64,000 bases of DNA from Candidatus Latescibacterota bacterium (GTDB taxonomy: Bacteria; Latescibacterota; UBA2968; UBA8231), in contig CBDCXV010000005.1 of the NCBI GenBank assembly GCA_965223905.1, positions 27,070 through 91,069 of the forward strand, read 5' to 3'. Below are positions 38,842-49,465 of the stretch, piece by piece; position 1 is the stretch's first letter, and each line of letters opens with the position of its first letter. The position numbers and the translations under genes were made by a program. A model generated the notes under the pieces. It was not told the origin of the DNA, did no database searches, and worked only from the letters and a program-made list of their open reading frames with translations.

Positions 38842-41307
38842 TCAAAACTTGAACCGGTAGTTGATCCAGGGAAGAAGGGGAAAGAGGCTCACCTGCTTGG
38901 CGCGGAACTGTCTGCCGCGGGTAGTGCTGTTGTAGCGGTCCTCGAAGTAGATGAAAAACGGGTTCTTGCGGTTGTAGGCGTTGTACACCCCGAGGCTGAA
39001 CCCGTGCCGGTCGCTGTCGGCCGGGCGGAAGTTGAAGGAGAAGTCGAGGTGGTGGAAGGCCGCCATGCGGTAGCCGTTGCGTTCCCCGTAGATCACGGTT
39101 TCCCAGGGGAGGTAGTAGGGCCGGGGCAGCCGGAGGGACCCTGGCCCGTCGCGGTCGCTGAAATACCGCGCGACCGGCAGGGTGGCGGCATTGCCGGTTC
39201 CGTACACCCAGGTCAGGGAGAAGCTCGTCGACCCGCTGAGCTGCCGGGAGAGGACGACGGCGACGTCGTGCCGGCGGTCGAAGCGGTAGGGGAAGGTGCG
39301 TCCCTCGTTGAGCTCCTCGAAACGCCGCCGCGTCCACGAAAGGGTGTACCCCGCCCAGCCGGTGGTGCGGCCTCGCTTCTTCTGCAGGAACAGCTCGGCC
39401 CCGTACGACCAGCCCCGTCCGGTCTCCACCTTGTCCTGCCAGTCGTCGCTCTCGCCGAAGAGAAAGCTCGCCCCTTCCCGGTACTCGATCAGCTCGGTCA
39501 TGGTCTTGTAGTACCCCTCGATGCTGAGCTCGTACTGATCCTCGAGCTGCCGCGCCAGGCCGAGGCCGACCTGCCGCGACCTCTGGGGGAGCACCCGATC
39601 CGTGGCCGGCAGCCACAGGTCGGTCGGCAGGCCGACGGAGCTGTTGGAGAGCAGGTGGATGTACTGGCGCATCTGGGCATAGGAGGTTTTCAGGGCCCAG
39701 TCCGAGGTCAGCAGGTAGCGCATCGAAACCCGGGGCTGCAGGGAGGTGTAGAGCTCGTCGTCGACGAGGAAGCCGGAGGTGTGCAGACCGAGGTTGGCCT
39801 TCAGGCGGCTCGTGAGACGCACGTCGTCCTCGGCGTACAGGCTGTACTCCAGGGCATCGGTTTCCAGGGCGGCCAGGGTCGTGTCCACCCGGGCGGTCAG
39901 GGTCGTGTCCTCGGGGGCGCCGTCGAAAGGTTTGTACTTGATCTGCGCCGCGCCGGGGCGATAGGTGTGCAGGGTGCCGCTGCCTCCGAAGCGGATGTAG
40001 TGGGCCGGATCGGGGATGTAGTCGAGGTCGAGCTTCAGTCCCCAGTCGCGGATGCCGGACAGGTAGCGAAGCCGCAGGGTCTGGCTCTCCCGTTCCCCGT
40101 CGATGACCTGAACGGAGCGCTGGTCGACGTTGGTCGAGAACTGGTAGCGGCTGAAAATCGCCGTGAGGTTGGCGAAGAGCCGGTTGCTGAACAGGTAGTT
40201 CCAGCGCAGGGTGGAGGTGACGTTCCCCCACCCGAAGTCCGCCTCGATGCTGTCCTCCTCGCGGTTGTCTCCCCACCCGTACTCGTCTTTCACATCGTTC
40301 CAGAAGCGGTCGTCGCCGCTGTACAGGCTCAGGTAGACGCGGCTGCTCGGGGAGAAGATGTGGTTGAGCTTGGCGTTGAGGTCGTAGAAGTGGTAGCCCC
40401 CCTTCTCGTCGCTGCGCATGAAGGGGCGGATCAGCATGTCGATGTAGGTGCGCCGCCCCGAGACGATGAAGGAGGTGCGGTCCTTGCTCAGCGGCCCCTG
40501 CAGAGTCACCTGGGAGGCGATCAGCCCGACCGAGCCTTCCGCCTCGAACTCCTTCATGTTGCCGTCCTTCATGTCGATCTCCAGCACCGACGAGAGGCGG
40601 CCGCCGTAGCGGGCCGGGAAGCCGGCCTTGGTCAGCTGCACGTTCTTGATGGCGTTGGCGTTGAAGACGGAGAAGAAGCCGAACAGGTGGGAGGCGTTGT
40701 AGACCGGGGCGTCGTCGAGCAGGATGAGGTTCTGGTCGGGGCTGCCGCCGCGCACGTACAGGCCGCTCATCCCCTCGGTCCCCGACTGCACCCCGGGCAG
40801 CAGCTGCAGGGTCTTGAGGACGTCGACCTCCCCCATGAGGGCGGGGGCGCTCTCGATCTGCCGGATCGGCACCTGCACGACGCTCATCCGCGTCTGCTCC
40901 TGGATCGGGTCGAGCCGCTCGGCTTTGGTCTCCACCGCCTCCATTTCCAGGGGCGTCGGCTCGAGGGCGATGTTGAGCTGCAGGTCGCGGCCGAGGTCGG
41001 TGGCGAGGGTGTCGCTGCGGTAGCCGATGTGGGAGACCACCACCCGGAGCGAACCCGCCGGCAGGGTGAGGCTGAAGAAGCCGAAGCGGTTGGTCGTCGT
41101 GCCCTGCTGCAGGTCCGGCTCGTGCAGGACCGCCCCGATCAGCTTCTCGCCGCTGGCGGCGTCCTCGACGTAGCCGCTGAGGGTGTGCTTTAGCCCCCCC
41201 TGCGCCCCGGCGCCGCAGGCGAGGCCGAGGAGGAGGAGGACCAGGAAGCGGACAGGAGATAGATGGGGCACTGGGATGAAAGGTCCGTTGTCGGGGAGGG
41301 AAATCAT
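38842..41307 (-). CDS. TonB-dependent outer-membrane receptor with N-terminal carboxypeptidase-regulatory-like domain
   Basis: SGYVEDAASGEKLIGA, LQLLPGVQ, YVRGG..DQNLILLD, ARYGGRLSS, C-terminal YRFKF. Confidence 0.92.
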   Translation of the reverse strand: MISLPDNGPFIPVPHLSPVRFLVLLLLGLACGAGAQGGLKHTLSGYVEDAASGEKLIGAVLHEPDLQQGTTTNRFGFFSLTLPAGSLRVVVSHIGYRSDTLATDLGRDLQLNIALEPTPLEMEAVETKAERLDPIQEQTRMSVVQVPIRQIESAPALMGEVDVLKTLQLLPGVQSGTEGMSGLYVRGGSPDQNLILLDDAPVYNASHLFGFFSVFNANAIKNVQLTKAGFPARYGGRLSSVLEIDMKDGNMKEFEAEGSVGLIASQVTLQGPLSKDRTSFIVSGRRTYIDMLIRPFMRSDEKGGYHFYDLNAKLNHIFSPSSRVYLSLYSGDDRFWNDVKDEYGWGDNREEDSIEADFGWGNVTSTLRWNYLFSNRLFANLTAIFSRYQFSTNVDQRSVQVIDGERESQTLRLRYLSGIRDWGLKLDLDYIPDPAHYIRFGGSGTLHTYRPGAAQIKYKPFDGAPEDTTLTARVDTTLAALETDALEYSLYAEDDVRLTSRLKANLGLHTSGFLVDDELYTSLQPRVSMRYLLTSDWALKTSYAQMRQYIHLLSNSSVGLPTDLWLPATDRVLPQRSRQVGLGLARQLEDQYELSIEGYYKTMTELIEYREGASFLFGESDDWQDKVETGRGWSYGAELFLQKKRGRTTGWAGYTLSWTRRRFEELNEGRTFPYRFDRRHDVAVVLSRQLSGSTSFSLTWVYGTGNAATLPVARYFSDRDGPGSLRLPRPYYLPWETVIYGERNGYRMAAFHHLDFSFNFRPADSDRHGFSLGVYNAYNRKNPFFIYFEDRYNSTTRGRQFRAKQVSLFPLLPWINYRFKF

Positions 41308-41373
41308 CGCACCGGGATCCCGCCGGGTTGGTTAACTTACGGTTACTCAGGGCCGATTCAAGAAGGGGTCGAA

Positions 41374-44300
41374 ATGGACGTTTTCGAGTTGAAGGACCGC
41401 CTGGTCTCCGACTACAAGGATTACACGCGCAGTTTCATCAAGATCCGGGATCAACGGATCAAGGAGTATGTCGACGGATTCCTCGAAAAGGATGGATTCT
41501 GGCCGGAACCCCTCCTCCAACTGAATCCGACCTTCAAACCCGGCCGTACAATTGACGATCTGGTCCGGCAGGGAGTTCTCCGGGAGGAATGCTCGCGGAT
41601 TTTCCGGATCGAGAAGTCCGATACGGATCCGGTGGGAAAGGAGCTTCTCCTGCACCAGCACCAGCGCGAGGCGATCCTGAAGGTCAACGAGGGTCAGTCC
41701 TGTGTCCTTACGACTGGTACAGGTTCGGGAAAGAGTCTCGCCTACATCGTTCCGATCGTGGACTACGTGCTGCGAAACGGCTCGGGCCGGGGCATTCAGG
41801 CGATTGTCGTCTATCCAATGAATGCTCTCGCCAACAGCCAGGACGAAGAACTCGGGAAGTTCATCAACAATGGGTTTCCGGAAGACAAATCGCTGGTTCG
41901 TTTCGCGCGATACACCGGGCAGGAAAGGGGCCGGTTACGGGATGAGATTCGGAGTGAGCCGCCGGACATCCTTCTCACCAACTACATGATGCTCGAGCTG
42001 TTGCTTACTCGAAGCGAAGACCGGGAGCTTGTGAGGGCTGCGCAGGGGCTGAAGTTCCTCGTCTTCGATGAGCTGCACACCTATCGGGGGCGCCAGGGGG
42101 CCGACATCGGGATGCTGATTCGTCGCTGCCGTCACGCCTTCGGCAACGATGTCATTTGCGTCGGAACCTCCGCGACGATGGCCAGTGGCGGGAGCAGCGA
42201 GGAGCAGCGCGAGAAAGTGGCCGAGGTTTCCGAATCCCTGTTCGGCGTGGACTTTTCCCCGGCCCAGGTCATCGGCGAGACACTGGAGCGCGCGACCCCT
42301 GAGATCGATGTCAGTGACCCGTCAATAAGTGATGGGATTCGAAATGCTGTCGAATCGGAAGAAGAACCACCCGCCAACTACGAACCGTTTCGCGAACACC
42401 CGCTCGCATCCTGGATCGAATCGACCTTCGGGGTATGCGAGGAGGAGGAGACCGGCAAGCTTCTCAGACAGACTCCCCGAAGGTTGGAAGGGGAACCGAT
42501 CGGAGCCCAATCCAACGCATCGGCGGAGCTCGCCGAGCTTACGGGAACAGAGCCCGGACAATGCGCTCGTGTGCTCCGCCAATGGCTGCTCCAGGGGTCG
42601 AAGCTGCGCCGCGACGAATCGAGCCCATTTCCCATTTTCGCTTTCCGGTTGCACCAGTTCCTGACCCGGGGAGATACGGTATGGGCGTCACTGGAACCCG
42701 AAGCGGAACGTCACTTTGAGATTTCCAAGAAAGCGACCAAACCCGGGGAACCGGACAAGCCGCTTTTTCCACTCGTCTTCTGCCGTCATTGCGGCACCGC
42801 ATACTACCGGGTACGAGTCGTAACGGGTGAGCAGGGCGAAAGGCTGCTTCCCCGCGAGGACTGGCGCGAGGAGGGTGATGACGGCGGCCACGATGCCTAT
42901 GTCTACGTATCCGAGGAATCGCCCTGGCCGCGAGGAGACGCCCGGGCAGTCCTCCAACGACTACCGGATTTTCTCAAAGAGACGACTGCCCAAGGTGTTG
43001 AACGTGCGCGTCCGGACAGCCGGGGCGATGTGCCGGAATCCGTCTTCGTTAATCCGGAGGGTCGAGTCGTTTCGGAGGGCCAGGGAACACCCGGAGCCCT
43101 GATCAACAAGCGGTTTCTATTCTGCCTGGAGCCATCCTGCGGGGTCGCATATACCAGAATCCAGCGGTCCGAGCGCAACAGGCTTGGGACCCTCGGCGTC
43201 GACAACCGGAGCACCGCTACGACCATTCTCGCGGTGCGGTCGCTGATAGAGCTGCAAGGCGGGTCTGACCTGAAGCCCGAAGCGCGCAAGCTGCTGAGCT
43301 TTACGGACAATCGTCAGGACGCCTCTTTGCAAGCGGGTCATTTCAACGACTTCGTGCAGGTCGCCCTGCTGCGCTCAGCGCTCTACAAAGCGTGCATGCA
43401 ACGCTCAACAGGGCTGCGCCATGGCGACTTGTCGCGGAACGTATTCGACGCCATGAACCTCGACTTCGAGGACTACGCAGGAGACTCCGAGGTACGAGGT
43501 CCAGCTCGGCAGAACACCGAGAATGCCTTGCGGCGTGTCCTCGAGTACCTCCTTTACCGCGACCTGGAAAGGGGTTGGCGGGTTACAGCGCCCAACCTCG
43601 AAGACTGCGGGCTATTGCGATTCGAGTACGAGGGGCTGAGTGGAGAGGATGGGTTGCTGGGCGAGACCGAATTATGGGAAGCTGGCTTCTCCGTCCGCGA
43701 GGGCCGAGGGAGCGAGCGTTTCGTCGAAGTACCGGAACCCCTTCGAAATGTCCCCTCCGATGTTCGGGAGGAGTTCGTCAGCACCCTTCTGGATTTTCTC
43801 CGACGCGCCCTTGCCGTCAAGGTTGACGTGCTCGATCGGGGCAAGCAGCATGACTTGGTGGTAGAAACGAACCCGCGTCTTCTGGAAAGTACCGCCTGGT
43901 ACCTGGAGGATGAGAAGGAGTTGACCAGTTCCGTAGTGGCCTATCCCCGTCCCCGGAGGAAAGAAGAACGGCGCGAATGCTTCGTTTCCTCCTACGGGGC
44001 CTACGGGCAGTACCTGAGGCGTAGGTTCAGGCAGTTGTCGGCGGATCAACGTGTTGGACGGGAGGAAACCGACGAGATCATTCGATTTCTGTTTCTCGCC
44101 CTGAAGCGCTATGGCATCGTCGAGCAAGTTCGGAGCGGGCGGGACGGCGACGATCCGGGCTATCAGGTAAACGTCGATGCGTTGCGCTGGTTTCCCGGCG
44201 CCGGCGAGGTTCGTCCGGTCGACCGGACCCGGCTGCTTGAGGAAGGGGAAATTCCCCCCGAAGTAAACCACTATTTCGTGGAGTGCTATAGGAGCTTTTT

Positions 44301-46647
44301 GGATCTCAAATGCCTCCTGGAGGCTCGGGAACATACCGCACAGGTGACGTCCGAGGAACGCCAGGAACGCGAAAAGCGGTTCCGCGAAGGGGAACTGCCG
44401 CTCCTGTTCTGCTCGCCGACAATGGAGCTCGGAGTGGATATCGCCCAGCTCAACCTCGTCAACCTGCGCAATGTCCCGCCGACGCCGGCCAACTATGCGC
44501 AGCGCAGCGGGCGCGCCGGCCGGAGCGGACAGCCGGCCATGGTCTTCACGTACTGCGCGGGACGCAGCCCCCACGATCAGTACTTTTTTCGCGAACCTGC
44601 AAGGATGGTCTCCGGAACTGTGGAACCGCCCCGTATCGATCTCCGCAACCGCGACCTGATCCGCTCGCACGTCCATGCGATCTGGATGGAAGCGGCGAAA
44701 CCGGATCTGGGAAAAACGCTGACCGCCGTACTGGAACTCGGCCCGGAAAATGGGGAGCTGCCGTTGCCCCTGAAAGCCGCCATCAGGGATGAACTGGGCA
44801 ATCCGGTCCACCGAGGAATGGCACGGGTCAAAGCCAATGCGGTGATTGCGGGGATCCGCTCCGAGCTCGAGGACACGTCTTGGTTCCACAACGACTGGGT
44901 AGACGAGGTGCTCGGCCAGATCGAGCGCAGTTTCGACTCCGCGTGCGACCGTTGGCGCAGCCTGTATCGATCGGCCACCGGCCAACGGGAGCTCCACCAC
45001 GCGATCATCGGGGACCACTCCCGGCCGGAGGCCGAGCGCAAGCATTCTCAAAGGTTGCGTGCGCAAGCCGAGAGCCAGATACGCCTGCTCACGGAAGCCG
45101 AAGGAGTCTACGAGGGGGATTTTTACTCCTACCGCTATTTCGCGACCGAAGGCTTCCTCCCCGGCTACAACTTCCCCCGGCTGCCGATCTCCGCCTACGT
45201 CCCGGGAAGACACAAAATCAAGGGGCGCGACGAGTTCATTTCCCGGCCGCGCTTTCTTGCCATCTCGGAGTTCGGACCCCGGACGCTGATTTACCACGAA
45301 GGCGCTCGCTACCGGGTTTACAAGGTCAACCTCGACTTCGGGTCTACCTCCGTCGAGGATACCCACCAGCTTACTACCGATACCATGAAGCGCTGCCAGA
45401 AATGCGGCTATGCCCACATCGAGGTAGGAGATACCAATCTGGCCGAGGTCTGCGACAGCTGCGCCGCCGCTCTCGATACGCCGTCCCGAATCGATTCCCT
45501 CGTGGAGATGCAGAATGTGAGTCTCAAGCTGGCCGAACGGATAACTTGCGACGAGGAGGAACGGCAGCGCTTCGGGTATAATCTCGTCACCGCGTACCGG
45601 TTTCCCGAAGTCAATGGCAGGCTCGACCGCAAAGACGCCGAGGTCTATTGCGAAGACATCCTTACCCTCAAGCTCAGCTACGGAGATGCTGCCGACCTGT
45701 TCCGCGTCAACCTTGGCTGGAGGAACCAGGAAGGCAACCAGCCGCGGGGTTTCAAGCTCGACTTGGAACGCGGTTACTGGTCACGCAACCAAGCCGACGC
45801 CAGTGACAAGGACGATGCGACGACCCAGGGGGCTGATATGCGGGTGGTACCGTTCGTCAGGGACACGAAGAACGCGCTGGTCATGCGATTTGAGCCCGCC
45901 CGTTCCGCTCCGGAGATGGCGGGCCTGCAGGCGGCATTCAAGCAGGCGATCCAGCAGGCGTTTCAGCTCGAACCCCGGGAACTCTCCAGCGAGCCAATGC
46001 CCTCGCCGCAAGACCGGATTGAGATCCTATTTTACGAGGCTTCGGAAGGAGGCGCGGGGGTTCTGCGTCAACTCGCGGAAGTACCGGAAGTGCTGCCTTC
46101 GCTGGCGGGGCGGGCACTCGAAATCTGTCACTATGACCCCGTTACCCTGGAAGACCGGGCAGCGGACCGCTGCGGGAAGGCGTGCTACGAATGCCTGCTG
46201 GACTACGGCAACCAGCCGGATCACAGGTATCTTGATCGAGCCCGGATCCGCGACCTGCTGGCACAACTTTCCCGGTCCGAGTGCAGACCTGCGGGAGGGA
46301 CAGGCTCCCGTGCGGAACGCCTGGTTGCGTTGCGCAAACGCTGCGACTCCAAGCTCGAGAAGCGCTGGCTCGACCTGGTGGAGAAGTTGGGGCTTCGGCT
46401 GCCCAGCGATGCCCAGTACAGAGTCCCTGGCTACTTCACGCAGGCCGACTTCTTATATCGGGAGGCCAACGCAGTCATTTATATCGATGGCCCCCCGCAC
46501 GACCAACCTGAACAAATCCGAGAGGACGATGCCACTACGAGACGGCTGATCGAGCACGGCTACATCGTGATCCGCTTCCATCACAGAGAGGACTGGGGTT
46601 CTACCTTCCGTCGTCATCCTGATGTATTCGGGGCGCCATCCTCATGA
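41374..46647 (+). CDS. Large DEAH-box (YprA/DrmA-like) SF2 helicase with C-terminal DUF1998 Zn domain and DUF559/Vsr-like endonuclease domain
   Basis: TTGTGSGKS, YPMNAL, DELH, SAT, TMELGVDI, QRSGRAGR; FYEASEGGAG...CGKACYECL (DUF1998); ADF...IYIDGPPH (nuclease). Confidence 0.9.
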   Translation: MDVFELKDRLVSDYKDYTRSFIKIRDQRIKEYVDGFLEKDGFWPEPLLQLNPTFKPGRTIDDLVRQGVLREECSRIFRIEKSDTDPVGKELLLHQHQREAILKVNEGQSCVLTTGTGSGKSLAYIVPIVDYVLRNGSGRGIQAIVVYPMNALANSQDEELGKFINNGFPEDKSLVRFARYTGQERGRLRDEIRSEPPDILLTNYMMLELLLTRSEDRELVRAAQGLKFLVFDELHTYRGRQGADIGMLIRRCRHAFGNDVICVGTSATMASGGSSEEQREKVAEVSESLFGVDFSPAQVIGETLERATPEIDVSDPSISDGIRNAVESEEEPPANYEPFREHPLASWIESTFGVCEEEETGKLLRQTPRRLEGEPIGAQSNASAELAELTGTEPGQCARVLRQWLLQGSKLRRDESSPFPIFAFRLHQFLTRGDTVWASLEPEAERHFEISKKATKPGEPDKPLFPLVFCRHCGTAYYRVRVVTGEQGERLLPREDWREEGDDGGHDAYVYVSEESPWPRGDARAVLQRLPDFLKETTAQGVERARPDSRGDVPESVFVNPEGRVVSEGQGTPGALINKRFLFCLEPSCGVAYTRIQRSERNRLGTLGVDNRSTATTILAVRSLIELQGGSDLKPEARKLLSFTDNRQDASLQAGHFNDFVQVALLRSALYKACMQRSTGLRHGDLSRNVFDAMNLDFEDYAGDSEVRGPARQNTENALRRVLEYLLYRDLERGWRVTAPNLEDCGLLRFEYEGLSGEDGLLGETELWEAGFSVREGRGSERFVEVPEPLRNVPSDVREEFVSTLLDFLRRALAVKVDVLDRGKQHDLVVETNPRLLESTAWYLEDEKELTSSVVAYPRPRRKEERRECFVSSYGAYGQYLRRRFRQLSADQRVGREETDEIIRFLFLALKRYGIVEQVRSGRDGDDPGYQVNVDALRWFPGAGEVRPVDRTRLLEEGEIPPEVNHYFVECYRSFLDLKCLLEAREHTAQVTSEERQEREKRFREGELPLLFCSPTMELGVDIAQLNLVNLRNVPPTPANYAQRSGRAGRSGQPAMVFTYCAGRSPHDQYFFREPARMVSGTVEPPRIDLRNRDLIRSHVHAIWMEAAKPDLGKTLTAVLELGPENGELPLPLKAAIRDELGNPVHRGMARVKANAVIAGIRSELEDTSWFHNDWVDEVLGQIERSFDSACDRWRSLYRSATGQRELHHAIIGDHSRPEAERKHSQRLRAQAESQIRLLTEAEGVYEGDFYSYRYFATEGFLPGYNFPRLPISAYVPGRHKIKGRDEFISRPRFLAISEFGPRTLIYHEGARYRVYKVNLDFGSTSVEDTHQLTTDTMKRCQKCGYAHIEVGDTNLAEVCDSCAAALDTPSRIDSLVEMQNVSLKLAERITCDEEERQRFGYNLVTAYRFPEVNGRLDRKDAEVYCEDILTLKLSYGDAADLFRVNLGWRNQEGNQPRGFKLDLERGYWSRNQADASDKDDATTQGADMRVVPFVRDTKNALVMRFEPARSAPEMAGLQAAFKQAIQQAFQLEPRELSSEPMPSPQDRIEILFYEASEGGAGVLRQLAEVPEVLPSLAGRALEICHYDPVTLEDRAADRCGKACYECLLDYGNQPDHRYLDRARIRDLLAQLSRSECRPAGGTGSRAERLVALRKRCDSKLEKRWLDLVEKLGLRLPSDAQYRVPGYFTQADFLYREANAVIYIDGPPHDQPEQIREDDATTRRLIEHGYIVIRFHHREDWGSTFRRHPDVFGAPSS

Positions 46648-49463
46648 TTTCAGCCACCCTCTCCAAACCCGGGACCCTCGTCCATGCCCGCGGCCGGGAG
46701 TGGGTAGTCCTGCCCGAGTCCACGGATGAACTGTTGATGCTCCGCCCGGTTGGCGGGCTCGACGAGGAGGAGACCGGAATACTGCCCGCGGTTGAACCCG
46801 TCGAGTCGGCTACCTTCCGGCTCCCCAGCGAGGAAGACCTCGGCGACTTCACCTCCGGGCGGCTGCTGCGAGACGCGGCACGCCTCTCGACCCGCGCAGC
46901 CGCGGGGCCGTTTCGCAGCTTCGGGCGCATCGCCGTCGAGCCCCGGCCTTACCAACTCGTTCCCCTGATGATGGCCTTGCAACTCGACCCGGTGCGCATG
47001 CTGATCGCCGACGACGTAGGTATCGGGAAAACCATCGAAGCCTGCCTCATAGCACGGGAACTACTCGACCGTGGGGAGATCCGGCGCCTGACGGTCCTCT
47101 GCCCTCCGTCCCTGGCCGAGCAGTGGCAGGGGGAGCTGGCGGAAAAGTTCCACATCGAGGCCGAGCTCGTGCTGTCGAGCACTATCCAGCGTCTGGAGCG
47201 CGACCTGCATGTCGGCGAGTCCGTCTTTGAGAGGCATTCCTTTACCGTCGTATCCACCGACTTCATCAAGAAACCGCAGCGCGCCGAGGACTTTGCCCAT
47301 CGGTGCCCGGAGTTGGTGATCGTCGACGAAGCCCACGGCTGCACGCTCGCCGGTGGCGCGGGAAAGGGACGACAGCAGCGGCACGACTTGCTGCGTCAAG
47401 TGACCGCCGATCCCTCACGTCACGTCATGCTGGTCACCGCGACGCCCCACAGCGGTAATGAAGACGCGTTTCGCTCGTTGCTGAGCCTGCTCGACCAGGA
47501 TTTCGCCAACTTGCCGGCAGACCTGGACCGCGCCGGACGAGAAGGGGTTCGCCGCAAGCTCGCCCGCCATCTTGTCCAGCGCCGTCGCGGCGACATCCGC
47601 CATTACCTCGAAACCGATACGGCCTTCCCGGAACGCAAGGACAAGGAGGCCACCTACGGCTTCAGTCCGGTTTACCGCGCCCTGTTCGACGACATCCTCG
47701 CCTTCGCCCGCGAGTACGTTACCGAGAAGGGCGAACAACGCCGGCGGCGGGTGCGTTACTGGTCCGCGTTGGCGTTGCTGCGGTGCGTCTCGTCAAGTCC
47801 CGCAGCCGCGGCAGCGACCCTGCGCAGCCGCTCCGCTGCGGACGAAGCGGAAGCAGAAGACGTGAACGAGGTAGGGCGCCGCACTGTTCTGGACCAGTCC
47901 GATGACGACGATACCGTGGCCCTGGACTTCAGCCCCGGCTCGAAGACGGAGGAAGACCTCGAGGGGACCCGCCGCAGGCTGCTGGGGTTCGCCCGCCGCG
48001 CCGAGGCCATCGAACCCGCGGCGGACCGGAAGCTTCAGGGCGCGGTTCGCGAGATTCAGTCGCTCCTGAAGGATGGTTTTCACCCGGTGGTTTTCTGCCG
48101 GTTCATCGACACCGCGGAATACGTCGGGCGCCACTTGCGGAAAGTGCTCCCGGCGGCGCGGGTGGAAGCGGTCACCGGTCGGCTTCCGCCCGCCGAGCGC
48201 CAGGAGCGCATCGCATCCCTCGTTGATGGCGGAGGGAAGTTCGTCCTGGTCTGTACCGACTGCCTCTCCGAGGGGATCAATCTTCAGGAGAACTTCGATG
48301 CGGTCCTGCATTACGACTTGGCTTGGAACCCCACCCGGCATGAGCAGCGGGAAGGGCGGGTGGATCGTTTCGGCCAGAAGGCGCCCGAGGTGCGGGTCGT
48401 CACCTACTACGGTACCGACAACCCGATCGACGGCGTGATCCTCGACGTGCTGATCCGCAAGCACAAAAGCATCAAGAGCGATCTCGGGGTGACGGTGGCG
48501 GTGCCTGGTTCCAGCGAGCAGATCGCAGAGGCCTTGTTCGAAGGGGCGCTGTTTCGAGACCAGGAGGGAACTGCCCAACTCGCGCTCGACTTCATCGACA
48601 GTCTCGATACGGAAAAACAGAAACTGCACGCCGATTGGGAGAACGCCCGGGACCGGGAAAAGGCGAGCCGCTCGCGGTTCGCCCAGCACTCCATCAAGCC
48701 CGAGGCAGTCGCCGAGGAGCTCGAAAACGTGCGCTCCGCAATCGGTCGAAGTGAAGACGTCGCAAGGTTCTTTCTCGATGTCCTGGGCACGGCCAACGTC
48801 CCGGTTCAGCTCAACGGAAACGCGGAAGTAGGCATCAGCAACGAAACGCCGCGCACGTTGCGCCAAGCCATCGGAAAGGACGGGCCGTTCGCCGGCCGTT
48901 TCGATCTGCCGCTGCAGGAAGACGAGATCTACCTCGGGCGCACGAGCCCCGTCGTTGAAGGCCTTGCGAGTTGGACTCTGGATCAGGCCCTCGACCCGGA
49001 ATCCCGCGACACCGGGGCCGTGGCCGCCCGCTGCGGGGCGGTCGCAACTTCAGCGGTGACCGAAAGGACCGTACTGCTGGTCACCCGCTTCCGCTATCAC
49101 CTGAGAAGAGGCGGAGCCGAGGGAGAAACCATTCTGTGCGAGGAAATCGTGCCGCTCGCGTACGCCGGTCCGGCAGAGGCGCCGCACTGGCTTTCTCCGG
49201 TGGAAAGCGAGCGTTTGCTGGCTGCCCGCCCCGAGCGCAACCTCCTCCCCACGGCAATCGACCAGCAGCTCGGTCTGTTGCTTCCCGCGTTGTCGAGTTT
49301 GCAAGTCCCCTTGGAGAACCTCGCTGACGAACGTGCCGAGGCCCAACTCCGAGCCCACCAGCGGGTGCGCACGGCGACCCACGCCAAAGGCCGCATCTCC
49401 GTCGAACCAGTGCTCCCGGTGGACATCCTCGGCGCCTACGTCCTGTTGCCGAGGCTGAACTGA
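46644..49463 (+). CDS. SNF2-family helicase/translocase (DrmD-like)
   Basis: ATGA overlap; LVHARGREWVV N-terminus, ADDVGIGKT, DEAH, TATPHSG, SEGINLQ, WNPTRHEQREGRVDRFGQ. Confidence 0.9.
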   Translation: MISATLSKPGTLVHARGREWVVLPESTDELLMLRPVGGLDEEETGILPAVEPVESATFRLPSEEDLGDFTSGRLLRDAARLSTRAAAGPFRSFGRIAVEPRPYQLVPLMMALQLDPVRMLIADDVGIGKTIEACLIARELLDRGEIRRLTVLCPPSLAEQWQGELAEKFHIEAELVLSSTIQRLERDLHVGESVFERHSFTVVSTDFIKKPQRAEDFAHRCPELVIVDEAHGCTLAGGAGKGRQQRHDLLRQVTADPSRHVMLVTATPHSGNEDAFRSLLSLLDQDFANLPADLDRAGREGVRRKLARHLVQRRRGDIRHYLETDTAFPERKDKEATYGFSPVYRALFDDILAFAREYVTEKGEQRRRRVRYWSALALLRCVSSSPAAAAATLRSRSAADEAEAEDVNEVGRRTVLDQSDDDDTVALDFSPGSKTEEDLEGTRRRLLGFARRAEAIEPAADRKLQGAVREIQSLLKDGFHPVVFCRFIDTAEYVGRHLRKVLPAARVEAVTGRLPPAERQERIASLVDGGGKFVLVCTDCLSEGINLQENFDAVLHYDLAWNPTRHEQREGRVDRFGQKAPEVRVVTYYGTDNPIDGVILDVLIRKHKSIKSDLGVTVAVPGSSEQIAEALFEGALFRDQEGTAQLALDFIDSLDTEKQKLHADWENARDREKASRSRFAQHSIKPEAVAEELENVRSAIGRSEDVARFFLDVLGTANVPVQLNGNAEVGISNETPRTLRQAIGKDGPFAGRFDLPLQEDEIYLGRTSPVVEGLASWTLDQALDPESRDTGAVAARCGAVATSAVTERTVLLVTRFRYHLRRGGAEGETILCEEIVPLAYAGPAEAPHWLSPVESERLLAARPERNLLPTAIDQQLGLLLPALSSLQVPLENLADERAEAQLRAHQRVRTATHAKGRISVEPVLPVDILGAYVLLPRLN

Positions 49464-49465
49464 GC

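Noticed and set aside
38075-39910. Short in-frame duplications in DUF4249 (DFDSE x2) and the TonB receptor (DTTL x2)
   Set aside because: Visible but only two short copies each; ordinary loop indels
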